The position numbers and the translations under genes were made by a program. The notes beneath the pieces were generated by a model. That model searched no databases. It was not told the DNA's origin and was given only the letters and a program-made list of their open reading frames with translations. From UHGV virus genome UHGV-0300374: a stretch of DNA of 64,000 nt. One strand, given 5' to 3'. Source of the DNA: a virus. Below, piece by piece: positions 9,322-16,558 of this stretch. How positions within the stretch are numbered: position 1 is the stretch's first letter; each line of letters starts with the position of its first letter.

Positions 9322-9864
9322 TTAGAAAAAGCTCTTTAAATCCTCTTCTGTGATGTTTCCTGTTAGTGTATCCATGATGTCACAAAAAACCTGAATACTG
9401 TCCGACTGTTGAACACTTTTAGCAAGAAGCTCCAGAGACTCATCAAGATAATTTAAATTTGGGTTATCCAATGAAGGAAGACAAAAAGGTGAAAACATGG
9501 CATTAAATTCAGTGATGTAAACCTTTTTAATCCAGCTTATATCAAAATACTCTGTAAAACTTGCCACGCTCGACATATTATCACAAGAATAATCATCATT
9601 CAACTCATCCTCTGGAATATCAAGTTCCAAGATAACAATATTTTGAGTTTTCATCTGAAAAGCTGCCGTTATAGTGGCATTGCCAAGAGCTTGCTGGATA
9701 CCTTCAGAGATTATTTCTTCCTCATCGTCGCCATAGATTTTATTTTCTGGATACACGTAAAAATTGCCGTCCATATCCGAACAATTCCATGCGCCTGATG
9801 GTTTATCACCGTTATTAATCAGGTTGAGGAAATTTTCTTGAGTAGTACCGTGAAAACATTTCAT
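9322..9864 (-). CDS. hypothetical acidic protein; possible minimal ADP-ribosyltransferase-like fold (weak)
   Basis: 180-aa ORF; N-terminal CFHGTTQENFLNLINNG then GNFYVYPENKIYGDDEEE, reminiscent of H-G-[ST] and aromatic motifs of H-Y-[ED] ADP-ribosyltransferases; unverified. Confidence 0.45.
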   Translation of the reverse strand: MKCFHGTTQENFLNLINNGDKPSGAWNCSDMDGNFYVYPENKIYGDDEEEIISEGIQQALGNATITAAFQMKTQNIVILELDIPEDELNDDYSCDNMSSVASFTEYFDISWIKKVYITEFNAMFSPFCLPSLDNPNLNYLDESLELLAKSVQQSDSIQVFCDIMDTLTGNITEEDLKSFF

Positions 9865-9949
9865 TTTTGAATCTCCAGTTTAGGATTTAGTGGTAAAGCT
9901 CTTTATCTGGGGCTTAAGATATCAACTTTTAAGCCCCTTGTAAAGTACT

Positions 9950-10153
9950 TTATTTGTTATTTTTGACAACTTTTAAAACTGCAAGATAACCTAAGCAATA
10001 AGAATCCCCGAAGAGAGTTCTACCCATGAAAGAGTCCTCTTTGATATCCTTTGCAGTGACAGTTTTTTCTACGCCGTGGGAAAGGACTACATCACCGACT
10101 TTAATATCTTTGATGTGTGCAGTCTCGATAGATACGCCGTTAATAATAGCCAT
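9950..10153 (-). CDS. hypothetical protein (starts MAII)
   Basis: 67-aa ORF with upstream cassette. Confidence 0.4.
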   Translation of the reverse strand: MAIINGVSIETAHIKDIKVGDVVLSHGVEKTVTAKDIKEDSFMGRTLFGDSYCLGYLAVLKVVKNNK

Positions 10154-10238
10154 TTTAGAATCTCCAGTTTAGGATTTAGTGGTAAAGCTCTTTATCTGGG
10201 GCTTAAGATATCAACTTTTAAGCCCCTTGTAAAGTACT

Positions 10239-10487
10239 TTATTGCGTCTTCTTCGTAAATATTAGTTTTACAGCGATTGTTGGAAGCTCTTCGATATTTG
10301 TAAATAGTGTTACTTTTTGAGTAGTAACCTTGTAACCGTTTTTTGCAGCGTAACCCGTAAAGCGGTTAACCGTGTAGCTATATGTTTTTGGTGTATTGTC
10401 TGGCATATGGTACAGGAAAGGTTTGCCTAAATTTTCTGGTTGCGTCAACAGTCGGCAAGTATCAGGGATATTTAAAAAATTCATCAT
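10239..10487 (-). CDS. hypothetical protein
   Basis: 82-aa ORF with upstream cassette. Confidence 0.4.
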   Translation of the reverse strand: MMNFLNIPDTCRLLTQPENLGKPFLYHMPDNTPKTYSYTVNRFTGYAAKNGYKVTTQKVTLFTNIEELPTIAVKLIFTKKTQ

Positions 10488-10550
10488 TTTAGAATCTCCA
10501 GTTTAGGACTTTATTTAGTGGGGAAGGTCATTCCCTCCCCGTTGATGTGT

Positions 10551-10579
10551 AATTTAATCTATCTAAAAATCAGTGTCAA
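10551..10579 (-). promoter_or_regulatory. sigma70-like promoter within cassette (minus strand TTGACA-N17-TAAATT)
   Basis: -35 TTGACA (10574-10579) and -10 TAAATT (10551-10556), 17-nt spacer, upstream of stem-loop and RBS for gene 10239-10487. Confidence 0.5.
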
Positions 10580-10588
10580 CAAAATTTT

Positions 10589-10993
10589 TTAAAGTTCTGC
10601 ATAAATTGCATCACAGATATTACGGAAGTCATGATTAGTCAAATTACGCTGCAACCAAGTGGCGAAAAAGTCAGCGATTGCAAAGTTAGCATCATACTCG
10701 ACAGATAGCCACACTTTAACAGCAAATCGGAACATTTTCAAATCTAACTCTTTATTCATTACCTTAGATTTGCCTAACATGTCGGACATTTCATATTGCG
10801 CACCGTCTAGCGTGATACCTGCTGCAACGTCAGCCAATGAATTTTTTACGTTTTCAACGTCTAAAATAACGCTTTGAATCTTCCCGATAATGTTGTGCAA
10901 TGTCTCATCAGGTGCTGATGACGTAATAACATTAATCCGGTTGACGGTCAAACGTGCTTTTAAAATTGATAATTCACGGTTATTAATAGCCAT
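10589..10993 (-). CDS. hypothetical protein (starts MAIN)
   Basis: 134-aa ORF with upstream cassette. Confidence 0.45.
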   Translation of the reverse strand: MAINNRELSILKARLTVNRINVITSSAPDETLHNIIGKIQSVILDVENVKNSLADVAAGITLDGAQYEMSDMLGKSKVMNKELDLKMFRFAVKVWLSVEYDANFAIADFFATWLQRNLTNHDFRNICDAIYAEL

Positions 10994-11078
10994 TTTAGAA
11001 TCTCCAATTTAGGATTTAGTGGTAAAGTTCTTTATCTGGGGCTTACTTTATCGAACTATAAGCCCCTTGTAAAGTACT

Positions 11079-11351
11079 TTATACTAAATGCAGCTTTTTA
11101 CCTTTTACTATAATGTAACTCGATGCGCTATTGCTTTGCACATCCTGATAAATTCTGCGCAAACGTCCTTCGTAGTATACTTTCCAACTGGTTGGAATCT
11201 TTTTCCCGTATCCTGTAGCAGTTTTTTGGAGTCCTGCAACTTGCCAATCCAAAATGTGCTGTTCAGCTTGTAAATCCTCGAAGTGCATTACACCGTTCAC
11301 ATAGTGGCGTAGGGTTACGTTTAAGGTGCGACCGTTGTTAGTAGTGTACAT
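11079..11351 (-). CDS. hypothetical protein
   Basis: Track ORF 11079-11393 trimmed to ATG at 11351, preceded by AGGAG RBS. Confidence 0.4.
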   Translation of the reverse strand: MYTTNNGRTLNVTLRHYVNGVMHFEDLQAEQHILDWQVAGLQKTATGYGKKIPTSWKVYYEGRLRRIYQDVQSNSASSYIIVKGKKLHLV

Positions 11352-11376
11352 TTTAAAAGCTCCTAGTTTAAGGGTT

Positions 11377-11535
11377 TTATTTTGACAGTTCACTAATTAA
11401 GACATCAAAGATTATATCATTATCTGCTACAGTTGCAACACCAGTGATATAATCAATTTCTAGGATAACAACAACTTTCGTACATAAACCGTCATCTATA
11501 TCATTCCAGACAACTTTATCACCTGCACAAAACAT
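11377..11535 (-). CDS. hypothetical small protein (52 aa), missed by the 60-aa ORF cut-off
   Basis: ATG immediately after a full variant-a cassette (RBS GGAGA); translation MFCAGDKVVWNDIDDGLCTKVVVILEIDYITGVATVADNDIIFDVLISELSK. Confidence 0.3.
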   Translation of the reverse strand: MFCAGDKVVWNDIDDGLCTKVVVILEIDYITGVATVADNDIIFDVLISELSK

Positions 11536-11599
11536 TTTCAGAATCTCCAGTTTAGGACTTTATTTAGTGGGGAAGGTCATTCCCTCCCCGTTGATGTGT

Positions 11600-11628
11600 A
11601 ATTTAACCTATCTAAAAACCAGTGTCAA
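11600..11628 (-). promoter_or_regulatory. sigma70-like promoter within cassette (minus strand TTGACA-N17-TAAATT)
   Basis: Same architecture as 10551-10579; -35 overlaps the stop codon of the upstream gene. Confidence 0.5.
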
Positions 11629-11957
11629 CAGTTTTGTTTTCGTTTGCTCAATTCTTGAACAATTACAGCATGATAGTCTTTTAAATCACTGATATTTAAA
11701 GCATTTATCAGAGAGTTATAATCATCGACTAACTGAAAATTATCTTTGAAGATGTCACTTATCTGATAGGTTTTCGCTTTATATCTGAAGCTCATCTCTA
11801 GCCGCTTTATTTGCTCATCACTGAGGCGCCCTAGAAAGCTTTCTACAAGGTTATTACTAACCTGCTGTGTGATTGACTTATTTGCTAGATTATAGGCTTT
11901 ATATGCCTTATATAGCGCGAAAATGGCAATGATTGCAGTGATACCAGTCATTAACAT
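11625..11957 (-). CDS. hypothetical membrane protein (N-terminal TM helix)
   Basis: 110-aa ORF; N-terminus MLMTGITAIIAIFALYKAYKAY. Confidence 0.4.
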   Translation of the reverse strand: MLMTGITAIIAIFALYKAYKAYNLANKSITQQVSNNLVESFLGRLSDEQIKRLEMSFRYKAKTYQISDIFKDNFQLVDDYNSLINALNISDLKDYHAVIVQELSKRKQNC

Positions 11958-12247
11958 GGTGTTTCCTCTTTACGTGATACTTTGCCATTTACAGTTATCT
12001 CATAGGATTCTAATAAATCGCTTTTAGACTTTACAGGACTTTTAAAAGTATCATCATAAATATTAACTTGCAATACAGGCTTTTTATATTCCCTACAACT
12101 ATTCCATAAGCAAATCACTACACGACGGCCTTTTATTTTGCCGTGTAACCATTCCATAACATCATGACTATTCCTTGATGTTTCAATGAAATCAATTTTG
12201 TTGAGTAATTTGCTTATACTTTCACGGACTCTATTTGATAATTTCAT
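11951..12247 (-). CDS. hypothetical protein
   Basis: 98-aa ORF with upstream cassette. Confidence 0.4.
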   Translation of the reverse strand: MKLSNRVRESISKLLNKIDFIETSRNSHDVMEWLHGKIKGRRVVICLWNSCREYKKPVLQVNIYDDTFKSPVKSKSDLLESYEITVNGKVSRKEETPC

Positions 12248-12337
12248 TTTGAATCTCCTAGTTTAAGGGTTATTTTGATAAATCTCTTTATCTGGGGCTA
12301 TCATATCAGCTTGTTAGCCCCGTGTAAAGAGGTCTAT

Positions 12338-12850
12338 TTAGTTCTTAAAGATATTCATCACTGAATCTTTTAATGCTTCCAAGCGTTCTAATACTTCAGT
12401 TTCTGCGTCTGAATTGTTCACCTCTTCTTTTAGTCTATCCTCTAAATCATCGCCGTCACTATAGCACCAATCAAAGGCATATCCTAGATAAAAACTCTCT
12501 AAAACCGTGTTGCCATTTGCATCGATAACTTTCGCGGCAAGGTTGTATTCTGAAGCCTCTAAATCTCTTTCTAGTTCTTTCTGTAAGCTGGTGTAAGCCT
12601 CTTTTGATGGGTTTTCCCGGCCTTGTTTTGCATAGTCACTTGAAAGCTGTTTAAGGCTGTAATGCAAAGGGATTGCATATTTAAAATCATTATGCTGACA
12701 GTTAGGATTTTTAACAGTCACACCGCCTTGATGGTCGTTTGTAAACTCCCAATTATCGAGATTATGGCTTGCTTCGTAGCAATTTACCGCTTCGTAGATG
12801 ATGGAAAATTTTTCTTTTACAACTTCAAAGGTAGCGTCTACAGTTTTCAT
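12338..12850 (-). CDS. hypothetical acidic protein
   Basis: 170-aa ORF with upstream cassette. Confidence 0.45.
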   Translation of the reverse strand: MKTVDATFEVVKEKFSIIYEAVNCYEASHNLDNWEFTNDHQGGVTVKNPNCQHNDFKYAIPLHYSLKQLSSDYAKQGRENPSKEAYTSLQKELERDLEASEYNLAAKVIDANGNTVLESFYLGYAFDWCYSDGDDLEDRLKEEVNNSDAETEVLERLEALKDSVMNIFKN

Positions 12851-12935
12851 TTTAGAATCTCCAGTTTAGGATTTAGTGGTAAAGCTCTTTATCTGGGGCT
12901 TAAGATATCAACTTTTAAGCCCCCTGTAAAGTACT

Positions 12936-13229
12936 TTATTTGTTAATTTTCAGCTTTGCATAACTTCTCATTGTACGAATGGGGGATGTTAATGCTACGC
13001 GTCTAATGTATGCCTTTTTCGTGTATACATTTGTCTTCCCGATAGTGTTTACACATGTAAAAAGGTTTATCGGTGAATTTTTTAACTTCAACTGTTTATC
13101 AACCTTCACGCCCCACCTTACAGCAGATTGTTTTCCGTTGTCAACCACTTTCCCGCATAACTTTTTAGCCATGATACGAGCGTCATCACGAGTCTTTGCG
13201 GTAATTACAACGTTTTTGATAATAGCCAT
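12936..13229 (-). CDS. hypothetical basic protein (starts MAII)
   Basis: Track ORF trimmed to the ATG that directly follows the cassette. Confidence 0.4.
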   Translation of the reverse strand: MAIIKNVVITAKTRDDARIMAKKLCGKVVDNGKQSAVRWGVKVDKQLKLKNSPINLFTCVNTIGKTNVYTKKAYIRRVALTSPIRTMRSYAKLKINK

Positions 13230-13315
13230 TTTTAAGTTCTCCAATTTAGGATTTAGTGTTAAAGCTCTTTATCTGGGGCTTACTTTATCGAACTATAAGC
13301 CCCTTGTAAAGTACT

Positions 13316-13699
13316 TTATTTGTTAATTTTGAAGATAGTTACATAACCATCGCTGCCGATGATTTGTGATGCTCCAGCTTTTTCTACTTGATAGCCCATA
13401 TTTTCAAGATGGTAAACAGCATCATCATAACCATATGCGCCGCCCTGATAACGTCTCTTATCACATCTTACTAATACCTTTCCACGTCCTGCCAGTGCAT
13501 TTAGTACGGCTTTTTCACTTGAAAGTGTACCATCTAACATGGTTGCCGTGTAATGGTTGATTCTATTCCCGTTTACATCATACTTAAAATTGAATGCGTG
13601 AACAACGATAATGTTACCTTTAAAATTTTCATCAAGTGACTTCTCCAGTGCGTTGCGAAAGTTGTCTTTGTTGATGAATTTAGGTGCACGATATGCCAT
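13316..13699 (-). CDS. hypothetical protein
   Basis: 127-aa ORF, first gene of the array. Confidence 0.45.
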   Translation of the reverse strand: MAYRAPKFINKDNFRNALEKSLDENFKGNIIVVHAFNFKYDVNGNRINHYTATMLDGTLSSEKAVLNALAGRGKVLVRCDKRRYQGGAYGYDDAVYHLENMGYQVEKAGASQIIGSDGYVTIFKINK

Positions 13700-13762
13700 T
13701 TTTGAATCTCCAGTTTAGGACTTTATTTAGTGGGGAAGGTCATTCCCTCCCCGTTGATGCAA

Positions 13763-13791
13763 ATACTAGATAACCACGTTCAAAGAGTCAA
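13763..13791 (-). promoter_or_regulatory. sigma70-like promoter (minus strand TTGACT-N17-TAGTAT) for the small-gene array
   Basis: -35 at 13786-13791, -10 at 13763-13768, 17-nt spacer, followed by cassette stem-loop and RBS. Confidence 0.45.
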
Positions 13792-13912
13792 GAAAAATTT
13801 TAAAAATATTTTTAGCAAAACTGTAATGAAACGGGCGCACACGACTACCACAAAACAGAACACAAATCAAGAATTATTTTTCAATCCGCTACAAATTTTT
13901 CTCTTGACTTTT

Positions 13913-13943
13913 GGGGAGAGGGGGAGTAAGAGGGGGAGAGGGG
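13913..13943 (+). other. 31-nt polypurine tract with G-quadruplex potential (GGGG AGA GGGGG AGTAAGA GGGGG AGA GGGG)
   Basis: Four G-runs of 4-5 separated by loops of 3, 7 and 3 nt in an AT-rich non-coding region. Confidence 0.5.
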
Positions 13944-13964
13944 TTGGTCTGGCTCTATATAAAA

Positions 13965-14155
13965 ACCTACCTGCACGATTCTAAAATGATTTTTCTTGCC
14001 CGACCTGAGCGGGGTCTGCACGTTTTGAAAATGAAAAAGCCCTTTGGAGATTACCTGCACAATTTGAAAATGAATTTTCTCTTTGGAGTTCAAAATTTTC
14101 TCTACAGATTTCTCTATAGAAATATACCTGCACAATTCTGAAATGAAAAAGCCCT
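13965..14155. repeat. four direct repeats, consensus ACCTGCACAATTYTGAAAATGA
   Basis: Copies near 13968, 14015, 14053 and 14125 in the non-coding region between the macro-domain gene and the small-gene array. Confidence 0.55.
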
Positions 14156-14219
14156 CCTTACCTGAAAAATTTACCAGATAAGAAAGGCTTAACCTATTGT
14201 GAATATTCTACAGAGTTTC

Positions 14220-15005
14220 TTAGTTCTTTGCGTCTAAGAAGGTAACTTCTGGTGAAGAGAAGATTGCCTCGATATCCTCATCAGTTCTTGCATAGATATA
14301 AGCTTCTGCATCACTACCAAATGTTACAGCAATTCTGTGATTGCTCTTTGACAGGTGGGTAACTAGAGCGTTACTTAGAGACATCTTTTCAACCGGAGGG
14401 TTACTTTGATGTATCTTACCTTTTCTTCGTCTGAAGAGGGTAACTGCATTATCCGTGAACACTGCTACACCTGCAAAGTATTCTGGTTCACAGTAGTTCT
14501 TCCAACCTGAGAGTAACTTGTGGTACATCTCTCCTTCATAGACATATAGATAAACATCTACACTCTTCATAACCTGATTGATGATAACTGTGACGGCTTG
14601 AGAGTCTAGTCCACCGATACCTGCACCAATCATAGGTAACCCAACTTTCTTCAACTGATTGACTTCACAGTATCTGTTAAGTTGTTTCAAAGATGACTCT
14701 AAAGCACTGTATCGGGCATCTTTACCAGTCTTAAGCTGAGTGTAAAGGTTAGCTATACGGCCTTGTTCTAAACGTGCTACAGAGAAATTACCCAGTAAAT
14801 TTTCACAGGGTTTGTGACCTATACCACCTGCATAGAGGTAAACTTCTGTATCGGTCTCATATGCTTTTGGGTAAAGTTTAGAAATCTTGTCAGCGATACC
14901 TGCACCCATTAAATTCATACAGTTGCAACCGTGACCAATAATATCAAACTTACCTTTATCAAATGCTGAGAAGATATCCCCATTGATGATTTTTACAATA
15001 CCCAT
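14220..15005 (-). CDS. macro-domain protein (TARG1/OARD1/DarG-like, ADP-ribose binding or hydrolase) with uncharacterised C-terminal domain of about 110 aa
   Basis: IINGDIF...DIIGHGCNCMNLMGAGIADKI and VGLPMIGAGIGGLD resemble the two glycine-rich ADP-ribose-binding loops of TARG1-type macrodomains. Confidence 0.6.
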   Translation of the reverse strand: MGIVKIINGDIFSAFDKGKFDIIGHGCNCMNLMGAGIADKISKLYPKAYETDTEVYLYAGGIGHKPCENLLGNFSVARLEQGRIANLYTQLKTGKDARYSALESSLKQLNRYCEVNQLKKVGLPMIGAGIGGLDSQAVTVIINQVMKSVDVYLYVYEGEMYHKLLSGWKNYCEPEYFAGVAVFTDNAVTLFRRRKGKIHQSNPPVEKMSLSNALVTHLSKSNHRIAVTFGSDAEAYIYARTDEDIEAIFSSPEVTFLDAKN

Positions 15006-15206
15006 TTAGCATCTCTCCCAAGATTCTTTATCTTCTGAAGGTTTTACACGTTGTCCTTCGTGGTCTACCCAGATACATCCACAACCTTCACAGATTACTG
15101 GCATTGCATAGCCAGCTTTAAAGTCATCTTCAGTGATAAGACCTTTTAAGTCACCTGTATCACGTCCGAACATTTCGATAGAACAGTCTTTGCAGAAGTC
15201 AGCCAT
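15006..15206 (-). CDS. hypothetical zinc-ribbon protein
   Basis: Trimmed to MADFCKDCSIEMFG (ATG at 15206, RBS AGAGG); CxxC...CEGCGC. Confidence 0.4.
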   Translation of the reverse strand: MADFCKDCSIEMFGRDTGDLKGLITEDDFKAGYAMPVICEGCGCIWVDHEGQRVKPSEDKESWERC

Positions 15207-15426
15207 GAATAATTGCCTCTTGAATGATGATACCTTTACCACAACGACTTTTAAAGTTTTCCAATGGTTCAGAGATGAAGCCACGTAAGCAGTCAGTGAA
15301 TACTAAGTTCTTCCTGTAAGCTATCACATCATTTGCTGTAAATGGGATGACCTCATTTCGTCCAATGAACACTGCTGACCTGATAAGTTTTCGTGTCTTT
15401 TTATCTCTGGCTAGTATTACTTTCAT
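15199..15426 (-). CDS. hypothetical protein
   Basis: 75-aa ORF in operon packing. Confidence 0.35.
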   Translation of the reverse strand: MKVILARDKKTRKLIRSAVFIGRNEVIPFTANDVIAYRKNLVFTDCLRGFISEPLENFKSRCGKGIIIQEAIIHG

Positions 15427-15727
15427 AGTTTACCTTCTCGGTTAGCTCATATAAATCAACATGCTCAATACTATCAATGTTGATATCAATCTTTTTGAAA
15501 CGCTCCTTCACTTCGTTGTCAGTCATCCATATCAGACACCAATGATTATGGATGGATTCTTCAAGAAGTTCAACACAATCTTTGAAAGTTTTTGTATCAC
15601 TTCTCGTTCCAACTACTGCGATTGTTCCATATAGCCACTTACCATTGCCATAAGACACTTGTGCTACGCCAACTTCTTTACCTTTCTCGTAGTAAACGGC
15701 TACAAAGTCTCTTCCATTAATCTGCAT
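15401..15727 (-). CDS. hypothetical protein
   Basis: 108-aa ORF. Confidence 0.4.
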   Translation of the reverse strand: MQINGRDFVAVYYEKGKEVGVAQVSYGNGKWLYGTIAVVGTRSDTKTFKDCVELLEESIHNHWCLIWMTDNEVKERFKKIDINIDSIEHVDLYELTEKVNYESNTSQR

Positions 15728-15729
15728 AG

Positions 15730-15999
15730 TTACTTCCTCGTTTTAAGAACTGCTAAGATTTCTTTAGAGTCTGGTAAGAACCATGTGTAGTGATTCTCTT
15801 TGATTTCTGGATGAGTGTCAACCTTTATTTTGCACTCTTTACCAACATGCTTAAGCTGTGCTGTGACACCTTGCATAAAGATATGGCACATCACATTATC
15901 CATAATGGTTGGTAAGAAATCAATTCGCATATAAGTTTCTTTTGGTCGTGGCAACAGTAAGTAACCTTCTACATAGAAAGTGTCTTGATTCTCTGTCAT
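15730..15999 (-). CDS. hypothetical protein
   Basis: 89-aa ORF. Confidence 0.4.
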   Translation of the reverse strand: MTENQDTFYVEGYLLLPRPKETYMRIDFLPTIMDNVMCHIFMQGVTAQLKHVGKECKIKVDTHPEIKENHYTWFLPDSKEILAVLKTRK

Positions 16000-16265
16000 T
16001 GCTGCTTATTCCCTAATAAAATCATGTCAATAAGGTTGTTAGCTTTGATTGTGCACTGGTAAAAGCCGTCACGATAGAACTCAAGGGCTGCTGCTACATC
16101 ACTGCCTGTGTTACCTTTGATGATATACCGTGATTCTTCTTGAGTGTACTTATCACTCTCACTTACTTGGGAGTTTTTGAATGTACTGCTCACTTTGTTC
16201 GTTGAACACCCTGACATAGTTATCAGTAACACAAACATTATAAAACTCTGGCTTAGTTTTTTCAT
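15996..16265 (-). CDS. outer-membrane lipoprotein, o-spanin (Rz1-like) candidate
   Basis: Signal peptide with lipobox-like ...LITMSGC; start lies inside the 3' end of the upstream i-spanin-like gene in another frame. Confidence 0.45.
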   Translation of the reverse strand: MKKLSQSFIMFVLLITMSGCSTNKVSSTFKNSQVSESDKYTQEESRYIIKGNTGSDVAAALEFYRDGFYQCTIKANNLIDMILLGNKQQ

Positions 16266-16506
16266 ATGTTAGTACCTCTTTTGTATGCTTATTCTTAGCA
16301 AGCACATCTTTCAAATCATTTTTGTAATTGGTGCTCAGTGTGACTAACCCTTCCTGATAAGCATCTTTAGCAACACTTATGAGCTTTTGATTGTTTAGCT
16401 CAGTTTCAGCAACTTGATAGTCTCTGTAAGAGTATCCTCCCCAGACACCTGCACCAACTAAGAAAACAATTATGAAAGTAGCTTGACAGAACTCTTTAAA
16501 TGTCAT
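16159..16506 (-). CDS. i-spanin (Rz-like) candidate
   Basis: N-terminal TM helix FIIVFLVGAGVWGGY followed by a predicted periplasmic helical domain; overlaps the lipoprotein gene. Confidence 0.45.
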   Translation of the reverse strand: MTFKEFCQATFIIVFLVGAGVWGGYSYRDYQVAETELNNQKLISVAKDAYQEGLVTLSTNYKNDLKDVLAKNKHTKEVLTYEKTKPEFYNVCVTDNYVRVFNEQSEQYIQKLPSK

Positions 16507-16520
16507 TTAACAATCTCCTG

Positions 16521-16547
16521 AAATGAAAAAGGCTCCCGAAGGAGCCT
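16521..16547 (-). terminator. rho-independent terminator or attenuator
   Basis: Minus-strand AGGCTCC-TTCG-GGAGCCT followed by TTTTTCATTT. Confidence 0.5.
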
Positions 16548-16558
16548 GTATCTTAACC

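Larger units (their letters stand above)
7444..13760 (-). repeat. array of at least 14 intergenic promoter + stem-loop + RBS cassettes (PeSL-like), one upstream of each small gene
   Basis: Recurring plus-strand unit ttt(t)agaatctccagtttagga...; variant a carries hairpin ggggaaggtcattccctcccc, variant b carries ggggcttaagatatcaacttttaagcccc; near-identical copies at 9865-9949, 10154-10238, 12851-12935 and at 10994-11078, 13245-13315. Confidence 0.7.

Noticed and set aside
13730-14141. Track ORFs of 76-84 aa in the region between the macro-domain gene and the accessory array
   Set aside because: Low-complexity translations across direct repeats and the polypurine tract, with no RBS; treated as non-coding regulatory DNA.
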